Part shown: piece by piece, positions 8,810 through 15,840 of the stretch
How the letters are laid out: the number at the start of each line of letters is the position of its first letter
Position numbering within the stretch: position 1 is the first letter of the stretch
NCBI RefSeq assembly: GCF_000146505.1
Contig: NC_017448.1
Coordinates: 1,320,001-1,352,000, forward strand
Direction of reading: 5' to 3'
DNA length: 32,000 nucleotides
From: Fibrobacter succinogenes subsp. succinogenes S85
GTDB taxonomy: Bacteria; Fibrobacterota; Fibrobacteria; Fibrobacterales; Fibrobacteraceae
Translations under genes and position numbers: made by a program
The notes under the pieces: model-generated
What the model was told of the DNA's origin: nothing
Databases searched by the model: none
The model's input: only the letters and a program-made list of their open reading frames with translations

Positions 8810-9793
8810 CTACGCCTTCATATCCTTCAAAGTATTTTTCAATTTTTCAATCATTTCCGTGCGCAGAGATTCTGGCTTCAGAATTTTCACATCCGGCAAC
8901 ACGCCGAACAACCAAGTCTTAAAGTCAGGAGTCATGCGGAGCTTCAATGTCACAATCATGTTTTTGTCCTTATCCTCGGTGATATCGGCACACGGAGAAA
9001 AACGGGACTTGATAAACTGAGTCTTGAGCCAGCCAGTTTTGATGAGAAGCTCAATCGTCTGCGGATCTTCCTTGGAAACATACTTTCCAAAAGCGTACTT
9101 GTAATGTTCATACACACAGAAAGGTTCACGCAGCGTGATTGCGCTATTATTCGTCTGCGCAATGCTCAAGATATTTTCGACAAGATAATTCTTAAAGATA
9201 TGCGTTTCAGGATACGTTTCGTCAGCGGCAATCAGGTAAAGCGTATCTATACGCATCACAAGCTTAACCGGGCTCACTTCAATCGTCTTCTTATCCGTTT
9301 CTTCATTTGTGCTTCTGTACACCATTCGAATCTTGAAGCCATCGCGAATTGCAGACAAAAGTTTTGAGACCATTGTATCTTGAGCTTTGTGATCACAGAA
9401 CGGACCATAATCCATAATGTAGTTCGGGTCAACTGTAATCGCTTCGGCCTTGAATCCATCCGGATCCGTAGTCTGCATGGAAGATATAACGCTATCAATG
9501 AGCTTGCGGTTTTTCAAGTCCAAGGGCGTCGTATCATTCATCGTCTTTTTGAGCTTTTCGAGCTGTTTGACGATTTTCTGGTTAAAGTCCACCTTTTGTT
9601 CGGTCTGGATAACGTAAAAAGTTTCACCATCTTTTTTGAACTTATGGAGGCCGCAATTTTCCTGTTCTAGCGCATTCAAATGACGGAAAATCGTTCTAGG
9701 GCCGCAATCCATTGCCTGGGCAAGCATCGATACTGTCATCGGCACACGAAGCTTACACTTAATCTTGTTTATCTTTTCATATCCTGTAGCCAT
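8810..9793 (-). CDS. HTH-WYL-WCX type transcriptional regulator
   Basis: N-terminal HTH: MTVSMLAQAMDCGPRTIFRHLNALEQ. Central WYL-like segment: FKIRMVYRSTNEETDKKTIEVSPVKLVMRIDTLYLIAAD, with LYL in place of WYL. C-terminal extension: IVTLKLRMTPDFKTWLFGVLPDVKILKPESLRTEMIEKL. AGAGGAG lies 8 nt upstream of the ATG. Confidence 0.65.
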   Translation of the reverse strand: MATGYEKINKIKCKLRVPMTVSMLAQAMDCGPRTIFRHLNALEQENCGLHKFKKDGETFYVIQTEQKVDFNQKIVKQLEKLKKTMNDTTPLDLKNRKLIDSVISSMQTTDPDGFKAEAITVDPNYIMDYGPFCDHKAQDTMVSKLLSAIRDGFKIRMVYRSTNEETDKKTIEVSPVKLVMRIDTLYLIAADETYPETHIFKNYLVENILSIAQTNNSAITLREPFCVYEHYKYAFGKYVSKEDPQTIELLIKTGWLKTQFIKSRFSPCADITEDKDKNMIVTLKLRMTPDFKTWLFGVLPDVKILKPESLRTEMIEKLKNTLKDMKA

Positions 9794-9813
9794 TTATCCA
9801 CTCCTCTTTTTTC

Positions 9814-11061
9814 CTAAGTTTTTAAAATCCTTAGACGGTTACCCACCGCTACTGACCGTGCAAAACCTGCAACAGCCAACAGCGCAAACTCTCTCTGGGC
9901 AATATTGCCCACTCGCCCCTCGACCAAGAATCGCTTGCCCACGTACGTAACATGAACAAACGAATTTTTCAAGAAGCGGTATGTTGAAAGCTTATCCATA
10001 ATTTTCCGGCAAAGGTCCTTCTTCCCGAGATTCTTTTTAAGAATCGCCGTTCCGTGCATATTCAAAGAGATTATGCCAGGAATACTTTCAATACGAGACT
10101 TTAGCTCATCTGGATAAACTTCATCTTCGTAATAGAAAGTCACCTTTGCTGCGCCAGATTTGACCTTGACGCTATACTTGAAAATCGGATGAGCATCATC
10201 ATCCAAAACATCCCAAATCTGTCTTTCCAAGTCTCCATCGGAAACTTTAGAATTCTTGCGGACACGCACCATGTTCACGCACCCGCGAATTCCAGCGATT
10301 TCTCCAACTTTTGTCTGAATCATCCGTTTCGTCGCTAGGCTATTCACAAAGCCACGCAGATAGACAATGCCCTGCCCCGCTTCAACGGTGATATCTTCGC
10401 TAAGCCCATTTGAAAGCATTTCCAAGTGCTTACGCACAACAGAAACAACTTCGCCATTCGGCGGATTTTCGGCATAGCGCGGATAGCTCATAAAGACAAT
10501 CAAGCCATCGTCCATTTTTACAACTAGTTTATCCTTAGATTCATCCTTGACAACACCGATTGCAATTCCGAACTGCTTACGAATCACATGATAAACATGG
10601 TCCCCAAGCAAAGTATGCACACATTGGGCCGGCAAAAGCCGATAGCCTTCAGGAGACACTTCATGATCGATTGTGATCCGGGGACCTTCATGTTTCTCGT
10701 CGGCAGGTCCGTTCTTATAGACAACGACTTCTTTATCGTTGGATTGGAAAAAGCTTTTCACGACGCAAGGACGACTCGCACCATCAAAGTAAAGCCAGTC
10801 ACCCGGGAAAATTCGACTATACCCGTAGACTTTCGCATATTCAGAATGGCTATCGTCCTTGTGGCAAAAAGCAAATTCCTGAGAAAACGCCACATGGTAT
10901 GTTCCGCAGTGCGTACAAACGCAAAGCAGCGGAATACCACGTTCAACACCACCATACGTCGAATACTCTTCCATGGCGCAGACGTCATGACGAACCGCCT
11001 GCTGGCAATGCCGGCAGTACAGCAGCTGCGAGTACAAACGATATGGAAAATATTGACGCAT
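9814..11061 (-). CDS. Cytoplasmic Zn-ribbon protein with two SH3/KOW-like segments and three BON domains
   Basis: CxxC pairs: CRHC...(29 aa)...CTHC. No signal peptide. BON-like repeats: (1) VVRKHLEMLSNGLSEDITVEAGQGIVYLRGFVNSLATKRMIQTKVGEIAGIRGCVNMVRV; (2) LERQIWDVL...VKVKSGAAKVTFYYED...IESIPGIISLNM; (3) LCRKIMDKL...VHVTYVGKRFLVEGRVGNIAQREFALLAVAGFARSVAVGNRLRI. Confidence 0.6.
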   Translation of the reverse strand: MRQYFPYRLYSQLLYCRHCQQAVRHDVCAMEEYSTYGGVERGIPLLCVCTHCGTYHVAFSQEFAFCHKDDSHSEYAKVYGYSRIFPGDWLYFDGASRPCVVKSFFQSNDKEVVVYKNGPADEKHEGPRITIDHEVSPEGYRLLPAQCVHTLLGDHVYHVIRKQFGIAIGVVKDESKDKLVVKMDDGLIVFMSYPRYAENPPNGEVVSVVRKHLEMLSNGLSEDITVEAGQGIVYLRGFVNSLATKRMIQTKVGEIAGIRGCVNMVRVRKNSKVSDGDLERQIWDVLDDDAHPIFKYSVKVKSGAAKVTFYYEDEVYPDELKSRIESIPGIISLNMHGTAILKKNLGKKDLCRKIMDKLSTYRFLKNSFVHVTYVGKRFLVEGRVGNIAQREFALLAVAGFARSVAVGNRLRILKT

Positions 11062-11081
11062 TTTTAGCGGCTCCGCCGCAG

Positions 11082-11109
11082 TTGGCAGAACTTAGTTGGC
11101 AGAACTTAG
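11082..11109. repeat. Perfect tandem 14-bp direct repeat (ttggcagaacttag x2), 21-48 nt upstream of the 9814..11061 start codon
   Basis: Bases 11082-11095 and 11096-11109 are identical. The agaacttag(ag) part is also the left arm of inverted repeats with 11143-11153 and 11166-11174. Confidence 0.85.
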
Positions 11110-11116
11110 AGAGATT

Positions 11117-11138
11117 GCCACGCTTCGCTCACAATGAC
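11117..11138 (+). repeat. Copy of the interspersed ACGCTTCGCT...ATGAC motif
   Basis: gccacgcttcgctcacaatgac. Compare ccctacgcttcgcttcgaggatgac (2267-2291) and cgctacgctccaggatgac (15729-15747). Confidence 0.55.
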
Positions 11139-11144
11139 GTTACT

Positions 11145-11172
11145 CTAAGTTCTAAGATCTAAGTTCTAAGTT
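11145..11172 (-). repeat. Heptanucleotide array, 4 units (AACTTAG/ATCTTAG read on the - strand)
   Basis: + strand: ctaagtt ctaagat ctaagtt ctaagtt. Read in gltX sense these are the same two unit types as the array at 15583-15631. The array starts 6 nt after the gltX stop. Confidence 0.85.
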
Positions 11173-11178
11173 CTCTTT

Positions 11179-12639
11179 TTATTTCATCAGCGGGAGCGCC
11201 ACGTCCATGCGGCGGAGCACTTCTTCCTTACCGATAATTTCGAACATTTCCCAGAGGCCAGGGCCAGCAGTCACGCCGGACACGGCAAGGCGCGGAGCGC
11301 CCACCAGTTCACCGACCTTGTGACCGCAACGTTCGGCCAGGTCGTAGAAGCCCTTCTCGATCACCGGAGTCTTGAAGTCTTCGATAGAAGCGAGCATGTC
11401 GCGCACGAGCGTTGCGATTTCCTTGGAGCCTTCGCCGAAATGTTTCTTGGCGCCCTTTTCGTCGTATTCCGTCGGAGCGACAAAGAAGTACTTTGCCATC
11501 GTTGCGAGATCCTGCACAAAATGCGCACGCGGCTTGAGCTGCTTCACAATTTCGAGCAAGCGTTCGTTCGGTTCGGCACTCGTATCAACGCCCATAGCCT
11601 TGAGGCCATCAACCATGATGTCCTTGAGGAAAGCATCATCGCACATGTGGATGTGCTGGCCGTTCATCCACTGGAGCTTCTTTTCGTCAAAGCTTGCGGA
11701 CTTCGGGTTGATGCGTTCAAGCGAGAAGCAGTCGATCATTTCCTTGACGCTCATCACTTCGCGGTCGTCACCCGGATTCCATCCGAGGAGTGCGAGGTAG
11801 TTCACAAGCGTTTCCGGCAAGTAGCCGAGGTCGCGGAAGTCACCGACAGAAGCAGCACCCTTGCGCTTGGAAAGCTTACCGCCGTTCTTGTCGAGAATCA
11901 CCGGCAGATGGCACCAGACAGGCGGCTGCCAGCCAAAGGCCTTGTACAAGAGTTCGTGCTTCGGCGTGGAGCTGATCCATTCGTCACCGCGGAGCACATG
12001 CGTCGTACCCATGTAGTGGTCATCGACAACACTTGCGAAGTGATAAGTCGGATAGCCGTCGCGCTTGATGAGCACGAGGTCGTCCAGAAGTTCGTTCTGG
12101 TAGCTGATGTGGCCGCGGATCATGTCATCGAATTCCGTGACGCCCGTTTCCGGAACCTTGAAACGGATAACAGCCTTTTCGCCAGCGGCAATGCGAGCTT
12201 CGGCTTCTTCGCGGCTGATGTTGCGGCAGTGGCGGTCGTAACCAGTGACCGGCACGTGAGACTTTTCTTGTTCAGCGCGGACTTCCTGCAGACGTTCTTC
12301 GGTGCAGAAGCAATAGTAAGCGCAACCGGCATCCAAAAGCTTCTTGATTTCACGATGGTAGATGTCCAGACGTTCGCTCTGGAAATACGGACCGCAGTCG
12401 CCTTCGCAACCCGGACCTTCATCCCACTGGAGGCCAAGCCACTTGAGGTCGCGCATCAAGTCGTGGAGAGCGGTTTCGTTATAGCGCTTACGGTCAGTAT
12501 CTTCAATGCGCAGGTAGAACGTGCCACCCATGTGTTTTGCAAAGAAGTAGTTGTAGATTGCCGTACGTGCGCCACCGACATGCAAATAACCCGTGGGGCT
12601 CGGAGCAAAGCGTACACGGACAGGACTTTTTTCAGTCAT
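11179..12639 (-). CDS. gltX: Glutamate--tRNA ligase
   Basis: HIGH-type motif PSPTGYLHVGGARTA and KMSKS-type motif KLSKRKG. I prefer Met19 of the track ORF (MTEKSPVRVRFAPSP) as the start because AAAGAGGAA precedes it. The track ORF runs to 12693. Confidence 0.9.
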   Translation of the reverse strand: MTEKSPVRVRFAPSPTGYLHVGGARTAIYNYFFAKHMGGTFYLRIEDTDRKRYNETALHDLMRDLKWLGLQWDEGPGCEGDCGPYFQSERLDIYHREIKKLLDAGCAYYCFCTEERLQEVRAEQEKSHVPVTGYDRHCRNISREEAEARIAAGEKAVIRFKVPETGVTEFDDMIRGHISYQNELLDDLVLIKRDGYPTYHFASVVDDHYMGTTHVLRGDEWISSTPKHELLYKAFGWQPPVWCHLPVILDKNGGKLSKRKGAASVGDFRDLGYLPETLVNYLALLGWNPGDDREVMSVKEMIDCFSLERINPKSASFDEKKLQWMNGQHIHMCDDAFLKDIMVDGLKAMGVDTSAEPNERLLEIVKQLKPRAHFVQDLATMAKYFFVAPTEYDEKGAKKHFGEGSKEIATLVRDMLASIEDFKTPVIEKGFYDLAERCGHKVGELVGAPRLAVSGVTAGPGLWEMFEIIGKEEVLRRMDVALPLMK

Positions 12640-12794
12640 AGATTCCTCTTTAAATCCATATTTTATTTTATGACAAAAATTAGCAAAATCCATTGTATAA
12701 AACTTAACAGGATAGCGATATCAAGGTACATATTGGAATACTTTCCGTCCAACATTTTATAGAAACTTTCAAAACAGTCACAGAATTATTACAC

Positions 12795-12817
12795 AAATAC
12801 TTTTTCGCCAAGTATTT
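12795..12817. promoter_or_regulatory. Perfect 8-bp inverted repeat with a 7-nt spacer in the gltX/fabV divergent region (candidate operator)
   Basis: aaatactt (12795-12802) tttcgcc aagtattt (12810-12817). The arms extend imperfectly to acac/gtgt. The repeat lies 68-90 nt upstream of the fabV ATG. Function is not established. Confidence 0.3.
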
Positions 12818-12884
12818 TCTGTGTACAGGCCAAGGCGAGGGCATTTTAATTGCTAAGTTGCGGGCGTCAAAAATAGGAGTCATC

Positions 12885-14102
12885 ATGATTATTAAACCGC
12901 TCATCCGCAGCAACATGTGCATTAATGCCCACCCAAAGGGTTGCGCTGCCGATGTCAAACACCAAATAGAATTTATCAAAAAGAAGTTCACTACGCGCAG
13001 CATTCCTGCCGATGCACCGAAGACTGTACTCGTTCTCGGTTGCTCTACCGGTTACGGACTTGCAAGCCGCATTGTTGCCGCATTTGGCTACAAGGCGGCA
13101 ACGATTGGAGTTTCTTTTGAAAAGGAAGGTTCCGATGGCGGAATCGGGGAATCCCGCGAAAAGACAGGCACGCCGGGCTGGTACAACAACATGGCTTTCG
13201 ACAAATTCGCAAAAGAAGCGGGCCTAGATGCCGTGACGTTCAACGGTGACGCGTTCTCGCACGAAATGCGCCAAAACGTTATCGACACCCTCAAGAAGAT
13301 GGGCCGTAAAGTAGACCTTCTCGTTTACAGTGTCGCAAGCTCCGTGCGCGTCGATCCAGACAACGGAACAATCTACCGCAGCGTCTTGAAGCCTATTGAT
13401 AAAGTATTTACAGGCGCCACGATTGACTGCCTCAGCGGTAAAATCAGCACCATCAGCGCAGAACCCGCCACCGCCGAAGAAGCGGCCAATACAGTCAAAG
13501 TCATGGGCGGTGAAGACTGGGCTCTTTGGGTACGCAAGCTCAAGGAGGCAGGCGTTCTCGCCGAAGGCGTGAAGACCGTCGCTTATTCATATATCGGCCC
13601 GAAACTTTCGCACGCCATCTACCGCGACGGTACAATCGGTGGCGCCAAGAAGCATCTCGAAGCAACCGCACTCGAGCTCAACAAGGAATTGCAAAACGAC
13701 CTCCACGGCGAAGCCTATGTCTCTGTGAACAAAGGACTTGTCACGCGCTCTAGCGCCGTCATTCCCATCATCCCTATGTACATTTCCGTACTCTTCAAGG
13801 TCATGAAGGAAATGGGAAATCACGAAGGTTGCATCGAACAGATGGAGCGTTTGATGACCGAAAGACTTTATACGGGTTCCAAAGTCCCGACGGACGAGAA
13901 TCACCTCATCCGCATCGATGACTATGAATTAGATCCGAAAGTCCAGGCAGAAGTGGACAAGCGCATGGCAACCGTCACGCAAGAGAACCTCGCCGAAGTG
14001 GGCGACCTCGAAGGATACCGCCACGATTTCCTCGCGACAAACGGTTTCGATATTGATGGCGTGGACTATGAAGCCGATGTTCAAACGCTAACGAGCATAT
14101 AG
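12885..14102 (+). CDS. fabV: Enoyl-[acyl-carrier-protein] reductase, FabV (trans-2-enoyl-CoA reductase) family
   Basis: The N-terminus MIIKPLIRSNMCINAHPKGCAADVKHQIEFIKKK matches the FabV/TER N-terminal signature. AGGAG lies 6 nt upstream of the ATG at 12885. Confidence 0.85.
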   Translation: MIIKPLIRSNMCINAHPKGCAADVKHQIEFIKKKFTTRSIPADAPKTVLVLGCSTGYGLASRIVAAFGYKAATIGVSFEKEGSDGGIGESREKTGTPGWYNNMAFDKFAKEAGLDAVTFNGDAFSHEMRQNVIDTLKKMGRKVDLLVYSVASSVRVDPDNGTIYRSVLKPIDKVFTGATIDCLSGKISTISAEPATAEEAANTVKVMGGEDWALWVRKLKEAGVLAEGVKTVAYSYIGPKLSHAIYRDGTIGGAKKHLEATALELNKELQNDLHGEAYVSVNKGLVTRSSAVIPIIPMYISVLFKVMKEMGNHEGCIEQMERLMTERLYTGSKVPTDENHLIRIDDYELDPKVQAEVDKRMATVTQENLAEVGDLEGYRHDFLATNGFDIDGVDYEADVQTLTSI

Positions 14103-14145
14103 TTTCTATTTTTGGGGCAAAACCCCTTAACATCAAGGACAACTT

Positions 14146-15582
14146 ATGGAAACACTCAATTCCATTCTCGATGCTATCGATGGGTACGTCTGGGGCGTTC
14201 CCCTCATTGTCATCATCCTCTTTGTAGGCATCCTCCTCACCATTCGTCTCGGCTGTCTGCAGGTCATGAACTTGCACAACGCGCTCCGCTTCATGGCGCA
14301 CAGCGAAAAAGACGGCGCAGGCGAAGTCTCCAGCTTTGGAGCACTCTGCACGGCTCTCGCCGCCACAATCGGTACGGGTAACATCGTCGGTGTAGCAACC
14401 GCTATCGGCACCGGCGGCCCAGGCGCCCTCTTCTGGATGGAAGTGGCCGCATTCCTCGGCATGGCAACAAAGTACGCCGAAGGTTTGCTCGCCGTCAAGT
14501 ACCGCACAGTCGATAAGGACGGCAAGGTTCTCGGTGGTCCGTTCTATTACATTGAAACGGGTATCAAGGAACGCTTTGGCTGGAACATGAAATGGCTCGC
14601 CGTGATTTTTGCCATCTTTGGCATGGCAGCAGGTCTCCTCGGCATTGGCACCATCACGCAGGTCAATGGCATCACGAGCGCTATGGCTCGCCTCACCCCG
14701 AACGCCGCTGAATTTGTCAACATCGGCGGAAACTCCGTGAGCATCACGACCGCTATCGCAGGCCTCCTAGTCACAATCTTTGCAGCAACCGTCATCATCG
14801 GCGGTCTCAAGCGCATTGCAAAAGTCTCGATGTACATTGTTCCCATCATGGCAATCATCTACATCATTGCCTGCATTCTCCTTTTGCTCCTCAACTTCTC
14901 GCACATTTCTTCCGCCATCGAAACGATTGTGAAGGCAGCGTTTAATCCGTCTGCAGTCACTGGCGGCGTTGTCGGCTCCATCTTTATCGCCATGCAGAAA
15001 GGGATTGCCCGCGGCATTTTCAGTAACGAAGCAGGTCTCGGTTCCGCTCCTATTGCAGCTGCCGCCGCAAAGACAAAGGAACCTGTACGTCAGGGCCTCG
15101 TCTGCATGACAGGCACATTCTTCGATACGATTATCATTTGCACGATGACGGGCCTTGCCATTGTGGTCTCGGGCGCTTGGGATCCGAAGCTCGGACTCGA
15201 AGGCGTGAACATCACGATGGAAACATTCTCCCGCGGCCTTGCCATTATCCCGGGCGGTGCAGTGATTGCTCCGTACTTCCTTGCCACGGCTCTCGTGTTC
15301 TTTGCTTTCACAACGATTCTCGGCTGGGCCTACTACTCTGAAAAGTGCTTGCAGTACTTGATTGGTCGCAGGGACAAGAAGGCAATACTCACCTACCGTT
15401 GGCTCTACATCTTCGCGATTTTCGTTGGACCGTACCTCACGGTAAGCGCGGTCTGGACAAGCGCAGATATTTTCAACGGCCTGATGGCATTCCCGAACCT
15501 CATTGCACTAATCCTTCTCTCTGGAATCGTGGCAAACGAAACAAAGACGTTCCTCGCCAAGTTCAAGAACGAGAAAGAATAG
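14146..15582 (+). CDS. Alanine/glycine:cation symporter (AGCS family)
   Basis: 478 aa and polytopic. AGCS signature GTGNIVGVATAIGTGGPGALFWMEV. Confidence 0.85.
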   Translation: METLNSILDAIDGYVWGVPLIVIILFVGILLTIRLGCLQVMNLHNALRFMAHSEKDGAGEVSSFGALCTALAATIGTGNIVGVATAIGTGGPGALFWMEVAAFLGMATKYAEGLLAVKYRTVDKDGKVLGGPFYYIETGIKERFGWNMKWLAVIFAIFGMAAGLLGIGTITQVNGITSAMARLTPNAAEFVNIGGNSVSITTAIAGLLVTIFAATVIIGGLKRIAKVSMYIVPIMAIIYIIACILLLLLNFSHISSAIETIVKAAFNPSAVTGGVVGSIFIAMQKGIARGIFSNEAGLGSAPIAAAAAKTKEPVRQGLVCMTGTFFDTIIICTMTGLAIVVSGAWDPKLGLEGVNITMETFSRGLAIIPGGAVIAPYFLATALVFFAFTTILGWAYYSEKCLQYLIGRRDKKAILTYRWLYIFAIFVGPYLTVSAVWTSADIFNGLMAFPNLIALILLSGIVANETKTFLAKFKNEKE

Positions 15583-15673
15583 AACTTAGAACTTAGAACT
15601 TAGAACTTAGATCTTAGATCTTAGATCTTAGTAATTAGTAGTTAGTTTTAAGTTATTGATTATTCGTTATTAG
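15583..15673 (+). repeat. Array of 13 heptanucleotide units, degenerating 5'->3', starting at the base after the symporter's TAG stop
   Basis: (aacttag)x4 (atcttag)x3 taattag tagttag ttttaag ttattga ttattcg ttattag, in exact 7-nt register from 15583 to 15673. The array runs straight into the terminator stem. Confidence 0.9.
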
Positions 15674-15699
15674 AGCCCGCGAAAGCGGGCTTTCTTTTT
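15674..15699 (+). terminator. Rho-independent terminator
   Basis: Stem agcccgc (15674-15680) / gcgggct (15685-15691), GAAA loop, then TTTCTTTTT. Confidence 0.8.
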
Positions 15700-15728
15700 A
15701 TAAACAAGACGAGAATTATGGTTCCTGT

Positions 15729-15762
15729 CGCTACGCTCCAGGATGACAACTTCAAGGATGAC
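15729..15762 (+). repeat. Copy of the interspersed motif: CTACGCTCC followed by two AGGATGAC units 15 nt apart
   Basis: cgctacgctccaggatgac, with aggatgac at 15740-15747 and again at 15755-15762. Confidence 0.55.
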
Positions 15763-15781
15763 GTTGACTCAGCATACAAAA

Positions 15782-15808
15782 AGACCTCCCAGATGGGAGG
15801 TCTTTTTA
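15782..15808. terminator. Bidirectional rho-independent terminator
   Basis: Stem agacctccc (15782-15790) / gggaggtct (15795-15803), loop agat. It is flanked by AAAAA on the left and TTTTT on the right, and lies 33 nt beyond the stop of the - strand lipoprotein gene. Confidence 0.75.
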
Positions 15809-15840
15809 AGTTCTTGTACTAGATGATTCTAAGGTCTAGA

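Noticed and set aside
9794-9802. DnaA-box-like TTATCCACT next to the WYL regulator start, with dnaB in the window as a possible oriC context
   Set aside because: It is a single 8/9 match inside a 20-nt spacer. There is no cluster of boxes, no AT-rich unwinding element, and no dnaA or dnaN nearby.
11082-11109. Sigma-54-type promoter reading of the TTGGCA repeats
   Set aside because: The GG-N10-GC spacing with a TTGC -12 element is not met, and the + orientation would drive transcription antisense into gltX.
12704-13003. 99-aa - strand ORF spanning the gltX/fabV intergenic region
   Set aside because: It overlaps the fabV 5' end on the opposite strand, has no RBS, and gives an AT-rich promoter-like sequence with an implausible peptide.
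15583-15673. Possibility that the repeat arrays are CRISPR arrays or a mobile-element terminus
   Set aside because: The period is 7 nt with no spacers. No cas genes, transposase or integrase are in the window, and there are no target-site duplications or terminal inverted repeats flanking a cargo.
15718-15822. Small + strand ORF MVPVATLQDDNFKDDVDSAYKKTSQMGGLFKFLY, and the analogous MDSLRFASRMTGFEDDVGMTMQ... starting at 2260
   Set aside because: Both are created by the interspersed ACGCT..ATGAC motif copies. The first runs through a terminator hairpin. The second overlaps the GH26-2 start in another frame. They are likely annotation artefacts of the repeats.
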